A DNA stretch of 64,000 nt from Octopus vulgaris. Lineage: Eukaryota. Positions 13,101 through 26,668 of this stretch are shown here, in pieces. Each line of letters opens with the position of its first letter. The first letter of the stretch is position 1. Where the stretch lies: positions 20,956,001-21,020,000 of the forward strand of contig OX597818.1 in NCBI GenBank assembly GCA_951406725.2, given 5' to 3'. A model generated the notes under the pieces. It did not search any database. It was not told the origin of the DNA and saw nothing but the letters and a program-made list of their open reading frames with translations. The translations under genes were made by a program, and so were the position numbers.

Positions 13101-15544
13101 GAAATTAGAGGGATAAGTTACTGACTTTTGTCATTGTAAATGGTGGGTAATCTGTATTCTTTTCCTTAAAAGGCCCTTGTAATAATGTCTCATTTACAGT
13201 TTTTCTAAAACTTTCAAGACTCCTTGAGAAATTGTCCAAGAGAATATGATATATGTCACTTAATATGTATTTAGGTATTTTGAGGATGAAGTTATTGTTA
13301 TTTTATCTTTATAATGTTTTCTTTCTTACAAGTAGTCCACCAACTCACCATTGATTTTGTTTAAAATGTTTCATTGTGTTCATTGATTTTGTTGCTATTG
13401 TTTTTTTTATTTTTATGGTTTTGTTGTGCCTGAGTGTCTTCATGTTGCTCTTGTTGTACATTGTAGGAAGTAATGTGGCTGGTTTGGTTGTTGTGATGAT
13501 GGCTGAGGGTTTGCTGTTTTTATTGTTCTTGGCATTGTTCCAGTGCATGTGCTGATGGGTGACAATTTTAAGTTCTGTTTGAGGTCTTGCCTCCATTTGT
13601 TTTTTGTTTTTTTGTGTGGTGGTGTTATGGCTTTTTGGCCTTTCTGGTAACCACAAATCAAACAGACTGGTCACAACTAGAATACTTTTGATTGATCAGC
13701 TCAAAGAGGGCTGACCTAGAACTAAACAACAATAGCCAATCCTTGAATATTTTCCATACAGTCTACTTTCATTACTCTAGCAACTATGCTGTTACTACAT
13801 TCATCACCAACACTAATTAGATCATATAGTATGTTTATCTTTGTGTACAGTGATATGGTAGACTTTGAAAGCTATTTCACTGTTCCTCAATTATCCCACT
13901 CATTTAAGTTTAGCAGTGAAATCTCCCTCAATCAGACCCTATTGTTCCATAAAAGAGATGTTAGGATCTTGTATTGGAATATCATGTAACAGAAACTGAT
14001 TGTTACATCTGTCAAGCCATCTGAGAAGCCCATGGACTTCATTTTATGATTTCTTCTTCTGTTAATCACTCCTATGGATCTTTGACATCTAAACTCTTGG
14101 CTCCCTGTTTCTGTTCCAAAAATCCCACAAAATGTTTCCTCTGCTATTTGTTTGCATTGAGTACATAATATGAATATCTCCAACAAGATGCCAGTGACAT
14201 GTGACATGAACTCGTGCTGGTGCCACGTAAAATGCACTCATGTTGGTGCAATGTAAATGTACCTGTGCTGGCGGCATGTAAAAAGCACCCAGCACACTCT
14301 GTAAAGTGGTTGGCATTAGGAAGGACATACAGCCATAGAAACAATTCTAAAACAGACAATTGTAGTCTGGACAGCTTTACTTGTAACATAATACTTGTCT
14401 ATATAATTGTCCTTTATCTATTTTTCGTGAACAAAGATCACATTATGCTTTGTCAAAACACTGTCATTTGTAAGGAATTTAGTGGGATAATAATAACAGA
14501 TAGTTATTGTAAGTTAGTGATGGTCTGAGTTGAAAGGAATCAACTGAGAAATGCAAAAAGACAAGCATATATTCTTCACTGAAGAGATCTACATGAAATG
14601 TTTGTCTGTGCTTCACCTTTGGCATCAAAAACAGTCATTCATTAAACGAATCTGTTACTGCAAACCTGACAGTAGTACCCAGCGTATCTAATAATATACA
14701 CAATCTTCACATCTAACACTAGCTGACATAACTACAGTTGAGTCTCCTGCCTACTGGCTTTGTTTCCGCATTTCTCAACAATGCATTTCTGGGCTTTTTT
14801 CTATGAAATTTGACAGAAACGTTTTTGAAAGTATAGGTTACGATTATGTGGATGAATTATATTTTTTTTATTTAAAAGAATTATATTTTCTTTTTAGTCT
14901 ATAACATACTCATTGTCAATGCAAAACATTAAAAAAAATATCTGTGACATTAACCTGATTAATATTATTCATTATTAACTTCAAATTGGTAGGAATGAGG
15001 GTTTTCCGAATTAACGTTTAGCTTACAATACGAATCAATAGTATTCACTCATGAACGAACTTATGTGATTAAAAAGGTATGGATTTCTTTTTTTTTATGA
15101 TAGAAATCGAACAACTAGTCAGTTAAAAGTGATTCGTAGACATCCCATAAAACATCCTGGATGCAAATGTAATAGCAATAAACAAAGAATCTCAAACTAC
15201 ATTAACGCATCTTATCTATGAGCTTTTATTTTACATCAAGTGAATGACCTCCCTTGACGAGAGTTAAGTCCCTTCTGTTCCTCGTTTTTTTTTTTTATGT
15301 TTTTTTTTTTTTTGGCGTCAAATTGGTTTCATAGCTTTTTTTTCATATGTTTTAGTGCGTTGGTTTCCAAACATGTAGAACCCTTTTACAATTTTCGAAA
15401 AATCACGGAACCCATATTCCCATATTTATATTTTGTGAACAACATTAAAAGGAATAAAAATTGTTTCAGATATAAAATTTACACATATAAGATCTTAATA
15501 TGAATAAATTTTATCTCTCTTTTTACTCTTTTACACAAACATAT

Positions 15545-15579
<35 letters not shown>

Positions 15580-15784
15580 CATATATACGACGGGCGTCTT
15601 TCAGTTTCCGTCTACCAAATTCACTCACAAGGTTTTGGTCGGCCCGAGGCTATAGTAGAAGACACTTGCCCAAGGTGCCACGCAGTGGGACTGAACCCGG
15701 AACCATGTGGTTGGTAAGCAAGCTACTTACCACACAGCCACTCTATTTCTGAAACAATTTATTATTTTCATCTTAATTAAGCGC

Positions 15785-16340
15785 ACTCTTGCTCGGGTTG
15801 ATATCCCCCCACTTCTGGAGCCGACGGGGGTTATTCAGAAGTGATAGGAAGAGTCCACATGGTCTTACACTTTGTCTCTGGGTAAGCGGTGTCCCATCTG
15901 GGACGCTACAGTCTGTGATTCCTTTTCTCCCTTCCACATTGTAGATGCTACGGTAAATGGGAGGGTCACTTCTTCCGTAGTCAAACGGAACACAATCTTT
16001 TAGTATCGGGATTTGTCAGTGAACCATTTCTTCCATCCCGTGGCATTTGAGAAGTTTGGAGGGGCTGGCCCGCTAAGAGCGAAGTGCTTGTCATCGTTGG
16101 CGGCTCGCCTTAGCAAGGTGTCAAGTGATGCCTGTGGGGGTGCTTGGGTATTACAACGCCTTAGCCTCGTCATCGCCCGTGGTAATACTGCATGCGCGTT
16201 GGTTTCCTTCAGTAGATTCTGTTGAACCTTGTAGTGTGCAAGCAATTGAAGCACTTGGTATTGAATCGATGTTTTTCCTTCTTCTTCTTTTCACCTCTTT
16301 TTTTCTGTTTCCCCTTCTTTCTTTGCTCATGTTTTTAATT
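15785..16340 (+). mobile_element. CRE-clade non-LTR retrotransposon 3' fragment (restriction-like endonuclease)
   Basis: Translation contains LLEPTG..., IWDATVCDSF and Y.DLSVNHFFHPVAFEKFGGAG...LQRLSLVIARGN, the typical CRE REL C-terminus, followed by a T-rich UTR. Confidence 0.8.
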
Positions 16341-17611
16341 TCTTCGGTTTGGGATTTGTATGGCCTAATGGTAAGGGTCTTGCACTCACGCTCACAAAAT
16401 CCTAGTTTCGATTCCTTGACCGGGTGGTGCGCTGTGTTCTTAATCTTACGTTGCTCTGCGATTACTTCGACACTTTACTTGTGGTTCACTGTGCACCAGT
16501 TCAAACAACGTCGATTTGAATGGAGAGAGTGAGTTTATGTACAGAACGAAGATTTGATCACTATAAGAAAATAATTTGTACAGGTCGTTCGAGGGGAAGG
16601 TCCATCACATACCTGTTATATATGTAATAAAAGAAATTTTGAAATTAGGAATTGCCTTTTTTTTTTTTTCCAATAAATTTTTATTAGATCTTATTACAGA
16701 TACTCCGTTTCTCGTAATCCGACAATTTTTTTTTTCCTTTTTCTCGTGGAACCTAATTTGGAAAACACACTTCTAGTTTTTGGGTGGGGGGGTCCGGTGT
16801 GAAATTGGCTTCATAAACTGGGTGTTGAATCTATAATTTTGTGTCGGTTTCAATACAAGTTAAAGTGAGAGAGGGGGGAAGAGTGAGATTGAGAGAAAGA
16901 CAGACAGACAGAGAACAGAAACGATTATCACTTTATATACGTGAAGCGTTACGCTTATACAGCAAAACAATAACGAGCTTAAAAAACGATCGATACTTTT
17001 AGATTTATGTTTTTCTAAGTAATTCAATAATAATTTTGGCCAATGCATAAACATCGCTGCATGATATTACCTCTTTCCTGCAAATCTGAGACCTAAGTAA
17101 ACACGAAATTATTAGCACTGATGAGTTATAGGTTTGCTTACTCATTGACCGCGAGATGAGATCTTTATGCAGTTATGTTAATAAGACGTCAGACCACTAG
17201 CTGAGAAGTCAGCGGTTCGTCTCCTATTAGATGGTCTATGTTGTTTAGTTTAAGTTCAAGCTACGTAGCTTTCAAATGGCTCTGTCCATTGGTTTACACT
17301 TCGATATTATATTTCCATATTTCGGCTATAAAACGAAAAGACCTTGTCAAGAGAAAATGGCGACAGAGTTTAGTTCTGGTACATGAGGACGGAGTGAATT
17401 GACATGAATAGAATGGTAGTGCTAAATTAGCCCACTAGAGATGCACGTTGATGAGCTTTAATATTTTAAAAAAGAATGCACTCTTTAATTCTCAAATTTC
17501 CCATGATTTGCATGCACGCGCGCACGCACACACACACACACACACACACAAACAAACACACACACACGTGTAACACGCTCAAGTCTGAAATAATTTCTTA
17601 TTCTTCCACAG

Positions 17612-17782
17612 CTGGTTACAGAGCCACCCAGGACACTTCATAGCTGGAAAGGCCATGAAGGCACTGTTGTAAGTGTGGAATATATTAACCATGATGCAGG
17701 CATATTTATTTTAAGTGCTTCTGTCGATAAAACGGCAAAATTATGGACGATTTGTGGGGATTATATTGGAACATTTGGCCAG
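17612..17782 (+). CDS. WD40 gene exon E (not in ORF track)
   Basis: ttccacag|CTGGTT...GGCCAG|gtaaat; 171 nt, phase 0/0; LVTEPPRTLHSWKGHEGTVVSVEYINHDAGIFILSASVDKTAKLWTICGDYIGTFGQ has a GH..SASxDxTxKLW repeat and the family GTFGQ motif. Confidence 0.93.
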
Positions 17783-19339
17783 GTAAATATACACACGATT
17801 TTTCTCAAATTTACAGTTTGATTTAGATAATTTTACATTTTGGCCTGGCGAAAAAAAGACATTTTTCCACATGCAATTTATTGTATAGCTGAGGTACGTT
17901 TACTGTGAAGTAAACTTTTAAGTACCTACTTATCAGCAAGGTGATGACACCAACAGTTAACAGTCAAAGGGTTTGACCAGAAAAGTGCAGTGGAGTTGAA
18001 AACAAGAACTACCTATCTTTCCAATAGCGATCTGACATCCTATTCACTCGGCCATCCGTGTTCCTGAATTATAACCAGGCCATCCGTGTTCCTAAATTAT
18101 AACCAGAGTGAATCAACTGCCATGGTTTTATGACTCGGGTGAACTGTCTTCGTCTGGTTAGAAGCAAAAGAAGGTCCCCTTGGTAAAAAGATAATTATTG
18201 CTTTTATAAATCGTTCAAGTTGTTTTTATTCCGTTCAATTGCTTCTAAGTACGTCGGTGACCGGTAATAAAGTTACAGGGGCAAAAAAGGACACAGTAAT
18301 GAAGTGACAGGGAAAAAAAGGTACAATTAGTTTATGGGATCAGGTCAACCCCTTCGAACAACCCCTGTGACTTTTTTACCTGGATTCAAGTCCATCATCC
18401 ACACGAGGTGTGCATGATGTGTGTGTGTGTGGGTGTGTGGGTGTGTGTGTGTGTGTGTGTGTGTGTGTATCCGTAACCTATACATAGAATTGTATTTAGC
18501 AATTATTTAATATTTAGCTCAAGATAAGGCCTATATTTCACATTTGGTCTAGCATTATTACCAACTATGCACGGGCCTGGTCACAATAAATTTGAGGGGG
18601 AGAAATTTACGTCCACCTGGATAAGAAGAAGCTAGTTTATAAAATAATTTCTCTCCTGAACGAAATTGAATTCATCATAGCAATTTGGATACGAGTGAAA
18701 ATATTAATGATACTACTACATATAGAGTTTAATTATATAATACTCCACAGCAGTTTTTCTCATGGGAAGGGACCAGGCCCCTGGAGAAATGGGGGCGGTG
18801 TAACGATCTAAAAAGGCAAGTTGCTAAGTTGAATAAAATCAAGATAGTTTTAAGTATGTCCAGCACCATAGCAAGGAAAAAACAAGAATTATACGGATCC
18901 AAACTATTTTATATTTACGTTAAGTAAGAGGAGGAATAGGAATAATATTTTTTTATGGGATGCCTGATTCTTGACAGTTTTGAGAACCGCTGCTCTACAA
19001 TTCGTTCTTGCAACTAACTGGTCTGAGTCACCAAGATTGAATCTGCCCTATCCCTGTACATTGATGATTCAAGATGCATATTTTTTTAAATCTTATTTTT
19101 AGCTTAATTCAACAAAAAATGAAAACAAAATTCGAAATGAAATTCAATTTGAAATTTTATTTTAGACTTTCAAATTAAGTTATCTTTTTAATTTTAACTT
19201 TGACTTCTTATTTTTATCCATTTCTAAAATTTTAAACCTGAATTTGTATTTAAATTAAGTCGAAAATTAAATGAATATTTAATCCAAATGTGTTCTGGGC
19301 AAGCTGATGGAATCGTTTGAGCATCAGAAAAATAGGATC

Positions 19340-19625
19340 TTTGTGGGTTTTTGTCACTGTCTGCAATTTTGTTTCAGTTGTTTTCAAATTTGGGACATGG
19401 ATTAAGTTTTGTATACTAATTATGAAAATAAAATTCGTTTTCCCTACAAATCCATAATTAAAAAGTTATTAGCCTTTACAAGAACTCTGTTTCCATAGTA
19501 ACAAAAGCAAAGAAGCATCACGTGTTCCATAGTGGATTGCGAAGGACTCTGTTTCCATAGTAACCCAAGATGCTGCGCCATACTCACAAGGAGTGTAACC
19601 ACTACGTGTTCTATAATTGTTTGTT
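19340..19625 (+). mobile_element. Unclassified DNA-transposon-like repeat; related copies at 63716-64000 (+) and 33905-34130 (-)
   Basis: Direct similarity between copies (GTCACTGTCT.CAATTTTGTT...AAAAGTTATTAGC...CACGTGTT...GTTTC[C/T]ATAGTAAC). Confidence 0.7.
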
Positions 19626-20668
19626 TTCATAACAGATGGGACTCACCTGGGCATCTTTAAAGCGTGGAAACAAACGTCGGTGTGGGGCACACCGTTCCAT
19701 GGTTGACTCTTACCTTTGTGAATTTATGTGGAGAAGGAGATATATTCTTTGACTGCGGTCATGCTGGAGCGCCGACCAAAACGACCCCAGGACTCAGTCT
19801 TTGTAAGCCTAGTACTTATTCTATTGGCTTCTTGTGCCGAACCGCTATAGTAATGTTTTGACTTGTTATTTCTAGCAACTCCTGTTGGTTTGTTTGTAGC
19901 CTTTAAATATCTAATTTGCTCGCGAATGTTTTAAAGTTTTTCACTGTTTACTATAGCTAGTTTAATGTTTTGACATACCTATCCACCCCAATCCCCCGCT
20001 GATGATAGAAGAGGCAGCGAAAGCATTGTTTTCTGATTGGCTGAAAATTCTGAAAATTATCAAACTTTGAACACCTGTAACATTTTTTACAAATTTTCTC
20101 TGGAATAAATGAATAACAAATTCGGATTCAGTGTAAAAAATAACATCTATATGATATATTAAAACATTTTTTTAAAGATTTCGACATGATGTGACGAAAA
20201 CTACAAAGATCCGAAAAATGCCAATGCCTTACACTACTTGTTTAAGGCAGCGAGCTGGCAGAATCGTTACAGCTCCGTACAAAATGCGTAGTGGAATTTC
20301 TTTCGACTTTACGTTGTGAGTCCAAATGCTGCCAAAGACGACTTAGCCTTTCACACTTTCGGGGTCTGTATAATAAGTACCTGTAGATCGCTGGGGTCGA
20401 TATAATCGTCTTAATCCCTCCACGATATTGCTAGCCTTGTGCCAAAATTTGAAACCAGTATTGAATTCAAATGTTAGATTTCAAAACATATCTATCACCG
20501 AATAGTACAGGGTTTATCTTTTAGTACCAACATATTTTTATCTTCCGTTAAACTTCAAAAAGCCAAATGTAAAGACAATAAACTTTAAAATCGTTTATTA
20601 ACGAAAACAATAAGTTTTTAATATTTTCTACTTCACTAATAAATTACCGAATTATATTAAAATTTCAG

Positions 20669-20732
20669 AAGCACCCTTGGGACTTAAAGTCACCTAAAAC
20701 ATGGGGTAACAAAGATATATCACAAATTAATG
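20669..20732 (+). CDS. WD40 gene exon F (not in ORF track)
   Basis: atttcag|AAGCAC...AATG|gtaaga; 64 nt, phase 0/1; KHPWDLKSPKTWGNKDISQIN matches the WxLxxPxTW pattern I recall after GTFGQ in this family. Confidence 0.85.
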
Positions 20733-20790
20733 GTAAGAAAATATGTTTTCGGCGATATTTGTTTGCTTTTTGTTTTAGGGCTGTTATTTT

Positions 20791-21110
<320 letters not shown>

Positions 21111-21331
21111 TTACATATATATATATAGATATATATATATATGGACTGTATAAGTGATAAAAGTGGTTTTGAGTCATTTTAACTCCTATTTCTAACAATG
21201 CTGGTAATTTCTTTGTACCCTTCATTATAATTAAAAATCCAATTATAAATTTTATTTTATTTTACCTCTACGGTTATTTTAAGCTTGCGAGCCACTCATA
21301 TTATTATTATATATTTAATAATAATATCCTT

Positions 21332-21408
<77 letters not shown>

Positions 21409-21491
21409 GTGTGTGTGTATGTATGTATGTATGTATGTATGTATGTATGTGTGTATGTATGTATGTAAAATAGATTACACTTCATATTCAA

Positions 21492-21572
21492 GGCTCCGAT
21501 GAAGCTATAAGGTGTTACTCAGACACTCAACTATGAGTCCTCTGCATCTTATAGCAGAAACAACTGTAAGCC
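21492..21572 (+). ncRNA. Minimal type I hammerhead-like motif (Penelope-type), degenerate
   Basis: GGCT-CCGATGA-a-GCTATAAG...CTTATAGC-a-GAAAC-AACT-GTA-AGCC. A partial inverted copy at 21638-21685 has the palindromic AGCT loop. Confidence 0.6.
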
Positions 21573-21849
21573 GAGTGTAGAGCGGTATTAAGAAAAGAGA
21601 TGGCAAAGGAATAAATGATTATCTAATGAACTTCATTAGCTTACAGCTGTTTCTGCAATGAGATGCAGTGGACTCATAGTTGAGTCATCACCACCACCAC
21701 CATCATCACCACGATCATCATCATTGCCTCGTTGGTCTTCATCCCCATCATTGTTATGATCACTTTCATCAACATAATTTCTCTTCCTGTTTGTTATATT
21801 TGTTTTGCTTTTTTTTTCTTTGCTTTGCTTTTTTGTGGTTTGTATCCAG

Positions 21850-22028
21850 AAGATGAAAATAAACGCGATTTAGACACAACAAGTGACCATTCCCTGGAAG
21901 TTTCACAGACTTCTCAGAATAAAGATTTTGATTTTCCGCCATCTCATTCTTCACCTTTTCCCGACCTTCAACAATCAGAATCTATTAGAACAAGTACGGC
22001 ATTACCTGGACACCCAGAAAATGACCAG
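21850..22028 (+). CDS. WD40 gene exon G (low-complexity C-terminal region)
   Basis: T-rich tract, ccag|AAGAT...GACCAG|gtaagc; 179 nt, phase 1/0; open frame DENKRDLDTTSDHSLEVSQ...HPENDQ. Confidence 0.78.
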
Positions 22029-22511
22029 GTAAGCAGGTATTCGCTATTATTTTCTTCTTTTCCTTTTTCTTCATCTTCTTTTCCTTATTTTTTTCCTTCT
22101 TTTTCTCTCTTTTTCACCATTTTCATCTTCATTTTTTTCGTCTTTGCTTATATAAGCCAAATAGATGGCCCTTCCTCAGCTCCTTAACTGATACTCCTTT
22201 TATTGTTTCAGAAAGGTTAAAAGGTAAAGTCAACTTCGTCGAATTCTGAACTCAAGCGTAGGGAGGCCTAAGTTCTGCAAGGCATTCTTTTTTCTGGTGC
22301 CCCAACAATTCTGCCTCTCACAACTCTTCTAATAATTCTTTCTAATTTAGGCACACACTCAGGCGCAGGCGTGGGTATGTGGTAAGAAACTTGCTCCTCA
22401 AACACATGGTTCGGTCCCACTGCGTGGCACCTTGCGCGAGTGTCTTCTACTATAGCCTCGGGCCGACCAAAGCCTTGAAAGTGGATTTGGTAGATGGAAA
22501 ATAAAAGACCG

Positions 22512-22582
<71 letters not shown>

Positions 22583-23326
22583 CGTGTGAGTGTTTGTGTG
22601 GCTGTACTTGTCCGCCCCACCATCGCTTGACAACCGATGTTAGAATATTTACGTCCCCGTAACTTAGCGGTTCGGCAAAAGGGAAAAAATAAGGGTCGAT
22701 TTGTTTGACTAAAACCCTTTAAGGCGGTGCTCCAGTATGACTGCAGTCTAATGACTGAAACAAGTAACAGAATAACTCAAGAGTTTTGAAGGGAGGTGTT
22801 ACTCGATACCATTGGCCCCAATACTATACAAGAACTTTACTTGGAAAGATGAAACGCAGAGTTGATCTCGGTCGGATTTGAATATTGGAGGTATAGACTC
22901 GGTAACGATTAAACATCATCATCGATTCTTTAGGCAGTGAGTGATTTTAGTCTCCTTCTTGATCTCCCTCTGCTTTTTACAATGAGCCTTAATCATTTCT
23001 CTTCCATTTCAGCCAATCTTTGCCAGATCTTTTTATCTATTACTTGTTCTAGTCATTAAACTACAGCCGTGCTGGGATATCGCCTTGAAAAAATTTTTAG
23101 TCGAATGAATCAACCCCAGTGTTTTGGGGTATTCTTTTTTATTAAGTCCGTTACTTATTCTATTGATCTCATTTGCCGAATAGCTAGGTTACGGGGACAT
23201 AAGCACATCCTCGATTCTGCCATCTCGCCACCTTCATAATAATAATGATGATGATGATTTCTTTATCAACCACAAGGATTTACATTACGAAAAGCATTTT
23301 GGACAGTACAGGACAAAACAAAGAAT

Positions 23327-23390
<64 letters not shown>

Positions 23391-23391
<1 letters not shown>

Positions 23392-25430
23392 GTGAGGGTT
23401 TTGCGTGTAAACAAGATTAACGAAATTTTTTTTAAAAAAAGGAACCGAAATCAACAATGTGTAATCTTCAATAGGGAGGAAACGTTCGAGGGTTTCTCAT
23501 GGAACAACCCCATAAAAAAAAAACCATGAGTACCCTGCATTTTGGGGCAGGTGCCTCTTTTCCTTTCCTTTTTTCCAACTACAGGCTTATACTCTGGGCA
23601 GGCCTGTTCACTCGCACCATTCTCACCACTTTCATCTATCTTTCCGCAAACTGGCGAGAAGACAACGCTTCCCTCTCTACCCTTATTTTCCTTTTCAAGT
23701 GAAACATGGAGAAGTTCGTCAGGGATTTGCCAAAGAGAAAAGTGTTTGTCTTCAGCTCCTTCAATCTCGTCACCATACAATCTCTTTTGCCATGGCCACC
23801 AGACATATAAAAACAACCTTTCCTCCCCGGTTAAAGGAAGGCGGCGGGACGATCTTCACGATGGATTCAGTTGACAGCCGGATCCGTCCCACACGCGACA
23901 GTACGTGTTCGACATAAACCCACAGGTCAGTAATGCTCGGGCACTGGACGAGTGCACACAGGACTGTCTCGTCGTCCTGCGCGCATCTTTGACATACTCG
24001 GCTGACGGCACCTCTGTGCATGTAAATTATATCTCGAACAGGCAAAGCTCCCCGGTAGCACTGCCAGGCTAGAGATTTTTGGAAATTATCCATCGGTTCT
24101 GGGCCGAAAGTTCTCCGGAAAAGAGCAAGTAGCCGATCTTCTTCGATGCCCAAGGTCTCCCCAAGAACGTCGTCGCACTTTCCCCCCACAAATCCTCTAT
24201 AAAAACGCTCAAGTGGACGTTCCACCTATCGCACTGTCCGATTGGCTAAGGGCTGTGAGCACTTGAAGACATTCCACTTCCCAAATGCTCCCTCTCGGTC
24301 TCTGTTTTACCCAGGACTGCAGCTCCGTTAAAGAAACTAGCTGTGGAAATACGTGGCTGGCGAACGGCGACCACATCATCAACCACGGCATGCCCATGCC
24401 ACCACACAGCGGACGTTGACAGCAGATAGACCGCTTGACCATCGTAACGCTTTCTTTCCACAAGAAACGGAAGAGTATACGCTCCAGCGTAATCAGACGA
24501 TGGCCAGGAAAGGCACGACGGTCAAGCGATAGTAAATGACGCGTTAGCCACCTCTGCCCAAACTTTCAGGGATAGCTTTCTCTCGGCCCATTTCTGGGTG
24601 AGAGTAGTAACCCTACTCGTTACCTCGTCCCAGTTTTTGTCCATCTGAAGGTCCGACCCGAACCAGATCCCAAATAATTTAACCGGTCCGTCCGTCCAGC
24701 GCCCAACGACGCAGTTGGACGGCATGGACTTGTTTCTCCAGGTGCCGAGCCACAAGCCCGCTAATTTTTCCTGGTTAACCGTCGATTCTGAAACCGCCTT
24801 GTAGTCCCTGAGAACGATGTCGATCATTTCTATGTGCTTATAATCCCACGCCACTACGGTGACGTCGTCGACATATCCGACATGCATCTCCAACATCCTA
24901 GATCGCGCAGGATGTCTCTCAACGCATCCAGTTTGTGTAGTAGTAGCTCGAGTGTCAATACATGCAAGAGAGACGAGAGGGGACAACCCTACCGACATGA
25001 TATTGAACGGCTCTGAGAGGTGACCGCTCATTCTGACCACTGAACAGATGTCGCTGTGCATTGTAGCGATCCAGCCCCTGAATACAGTCCCGAAACCAGC
25101 TGTCCTGAGGACCGCCGCCAGGTATTGATAGTCGACCCCATCAAAAGCTTTAGACTGGTCTAAATTGATCAGGCCCCCACCCGTGCCAGGTTCTTTAGCC
25201 ACTTTCTAAATGATGTATCACATGAGGTGATGTCGTGGATGGATCTTTTCGGGATGGTACATGTCTGTTTCTCTCCTACCAGATCCCCGACGACATACGC
25301 CAACCTCGTAGCTAACACTTTGGTCAAAATTTTGAACTCAGCATTCAATAGAGTTATGGACCTAAAGTTGTCAATACAATCCCCCTTGTTCGGGTCTTTT
25401 CTCAGCAACGCCACTGCTCCTCGGCTCACC
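23391..25430 (-). mobile_element. 5'-truncated Tx1/L1-clade LINE (RT plus zinc-binding C-terminus)
   Basis: NFRSITLLNAEFKILTKVLATRL, LDQSKAFDGVD...GFG, YVDD, and CQRCAQDDETVLCALVQCP; multiple frameshifts. Confidence 0.92.
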
Positions 25431-25801
25431 AAAATGAAAGCTAAAAGTGTATTTGAAATCGTTAACATTTTTACAATTCTGTGTATGCGGGGATAATGTT
25501 GATGTATTTGCTTTTTCTCATTCGAATTCCAAGTAAGACTCCACAATTTATTTTATTTTTAGTATCTTAATTTCTGATTGCGGTTTATGAAAAACAGCTC
25601 AGATTTCATCAATTTTGACCTTTCAAAGGAAATATAAATGAGGGGGCGGGGAGAGGGGTTGAAAGGGTGAAAGGATGGGTAAGTTGAGTAAAGCAACCAA
25701 ACATCTTTAAAAAAATTTTAATTAAATCAGTTGCTATCAATTCTTCAATAGCTTCAAAAAAGAAAATGGTTTATTTCTTTGTTCTTTGTTTTTAATTCCA
25801 G

Positions 25802-25960
25802 AGTTCAGTTCCGGCTAAAACGAGACAGGACAGTGTAAATAATGGAAATACAAAAGATGTAATTATGAACAATGGTTACATGAGTAAAGAAACACTCCAC
25901 GCTATGTATGTGAAGGAGAAAAACCTGACATTCACGTGTGAACAGAACAAGGCTTTGCGG
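25802..25960 (+). CDS. WD40 gene exon H (not in ORF track)
   Basis: T-rich tract, ttccag|AGTTCA...TTGCGG|gtaggt; 159 nt, phase 0/0; open frame SSVPAKTRQDSVNNGNTKDV...EQNKALR. Confidence 0.7.
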
Positions 25961-26081
25961 GTAGGTTTGTACAGTTAATTACACTTACACACACACATTA
26001 TGAATCGGGACCGAAATAGTTTAGTATTAGAAAGCCTTGCTGGTACTGATAGGCTTTCAAATAATATATATGTATATGAAG

Positions 26082-26151
<70 letters not shown>

Positions 26152-26206
26152 CCAATATGGATACCAAATTATTGGTCACTCTGTGACCAGTCCTTAACTG
26201 TATTAC

Positions 26207-26271
<65 letters not shown>

Positions 26272-26367
26272 GGAAGTATAACTCCAAACTTACAGGGAAA
26301 AATTCAATTTAGCATTAAATCAAATTTCACAGTATAAATATATAAAATATAAAATATAAATTAGAGA

Positions 26368-26612
26368 TAAAGCCACTATAATGCAACTCAAACAGTAATA
26401 GACATAAACCAATACATAAATAACAAATAATATATATTTTTATAAAACATATAACTTATAACTAGATCTCAAAAGTATAAAGATGAATGATCAATATATA
26501 ATATAAGTATTATATTTTATATTGATCATTCATTTTTATAAAAATATATATTATTTGTTATTTATGTATTGGTTTATGTCTATCACTGTTTGAGTTGCAT
26601 AATAGTGCTTTT
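26368..26612. repeat. Nested AT-rich inverted repeats between microsatellites
   Basis: 26368-26448 pairs with 26534-26612; an inner hairpin spans 26478-26538. Confidence 0.85.
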
Positions 26613-26631
26613 TCCATAATTATATATATAT

Positions 26632-26668
<37 letters not shown>

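Noticed and set aside
13345-13674. 109-aa K/T/N-rich ORF upstream of the old Tx1 copy
   Set aside because: Low complexity with no gag or CCHC motif; cannot be supported as ORF1.
17117-17160. CTGATGAG...CTC hammerhead-like start
   Set aside because: No GAAA follows the stem.
18050-18105. 28-bp tandem duplication (also a 21-bp triplication near 39750-39815)
   Set aside because: Ordinary slippage-type duplications with no further structure.
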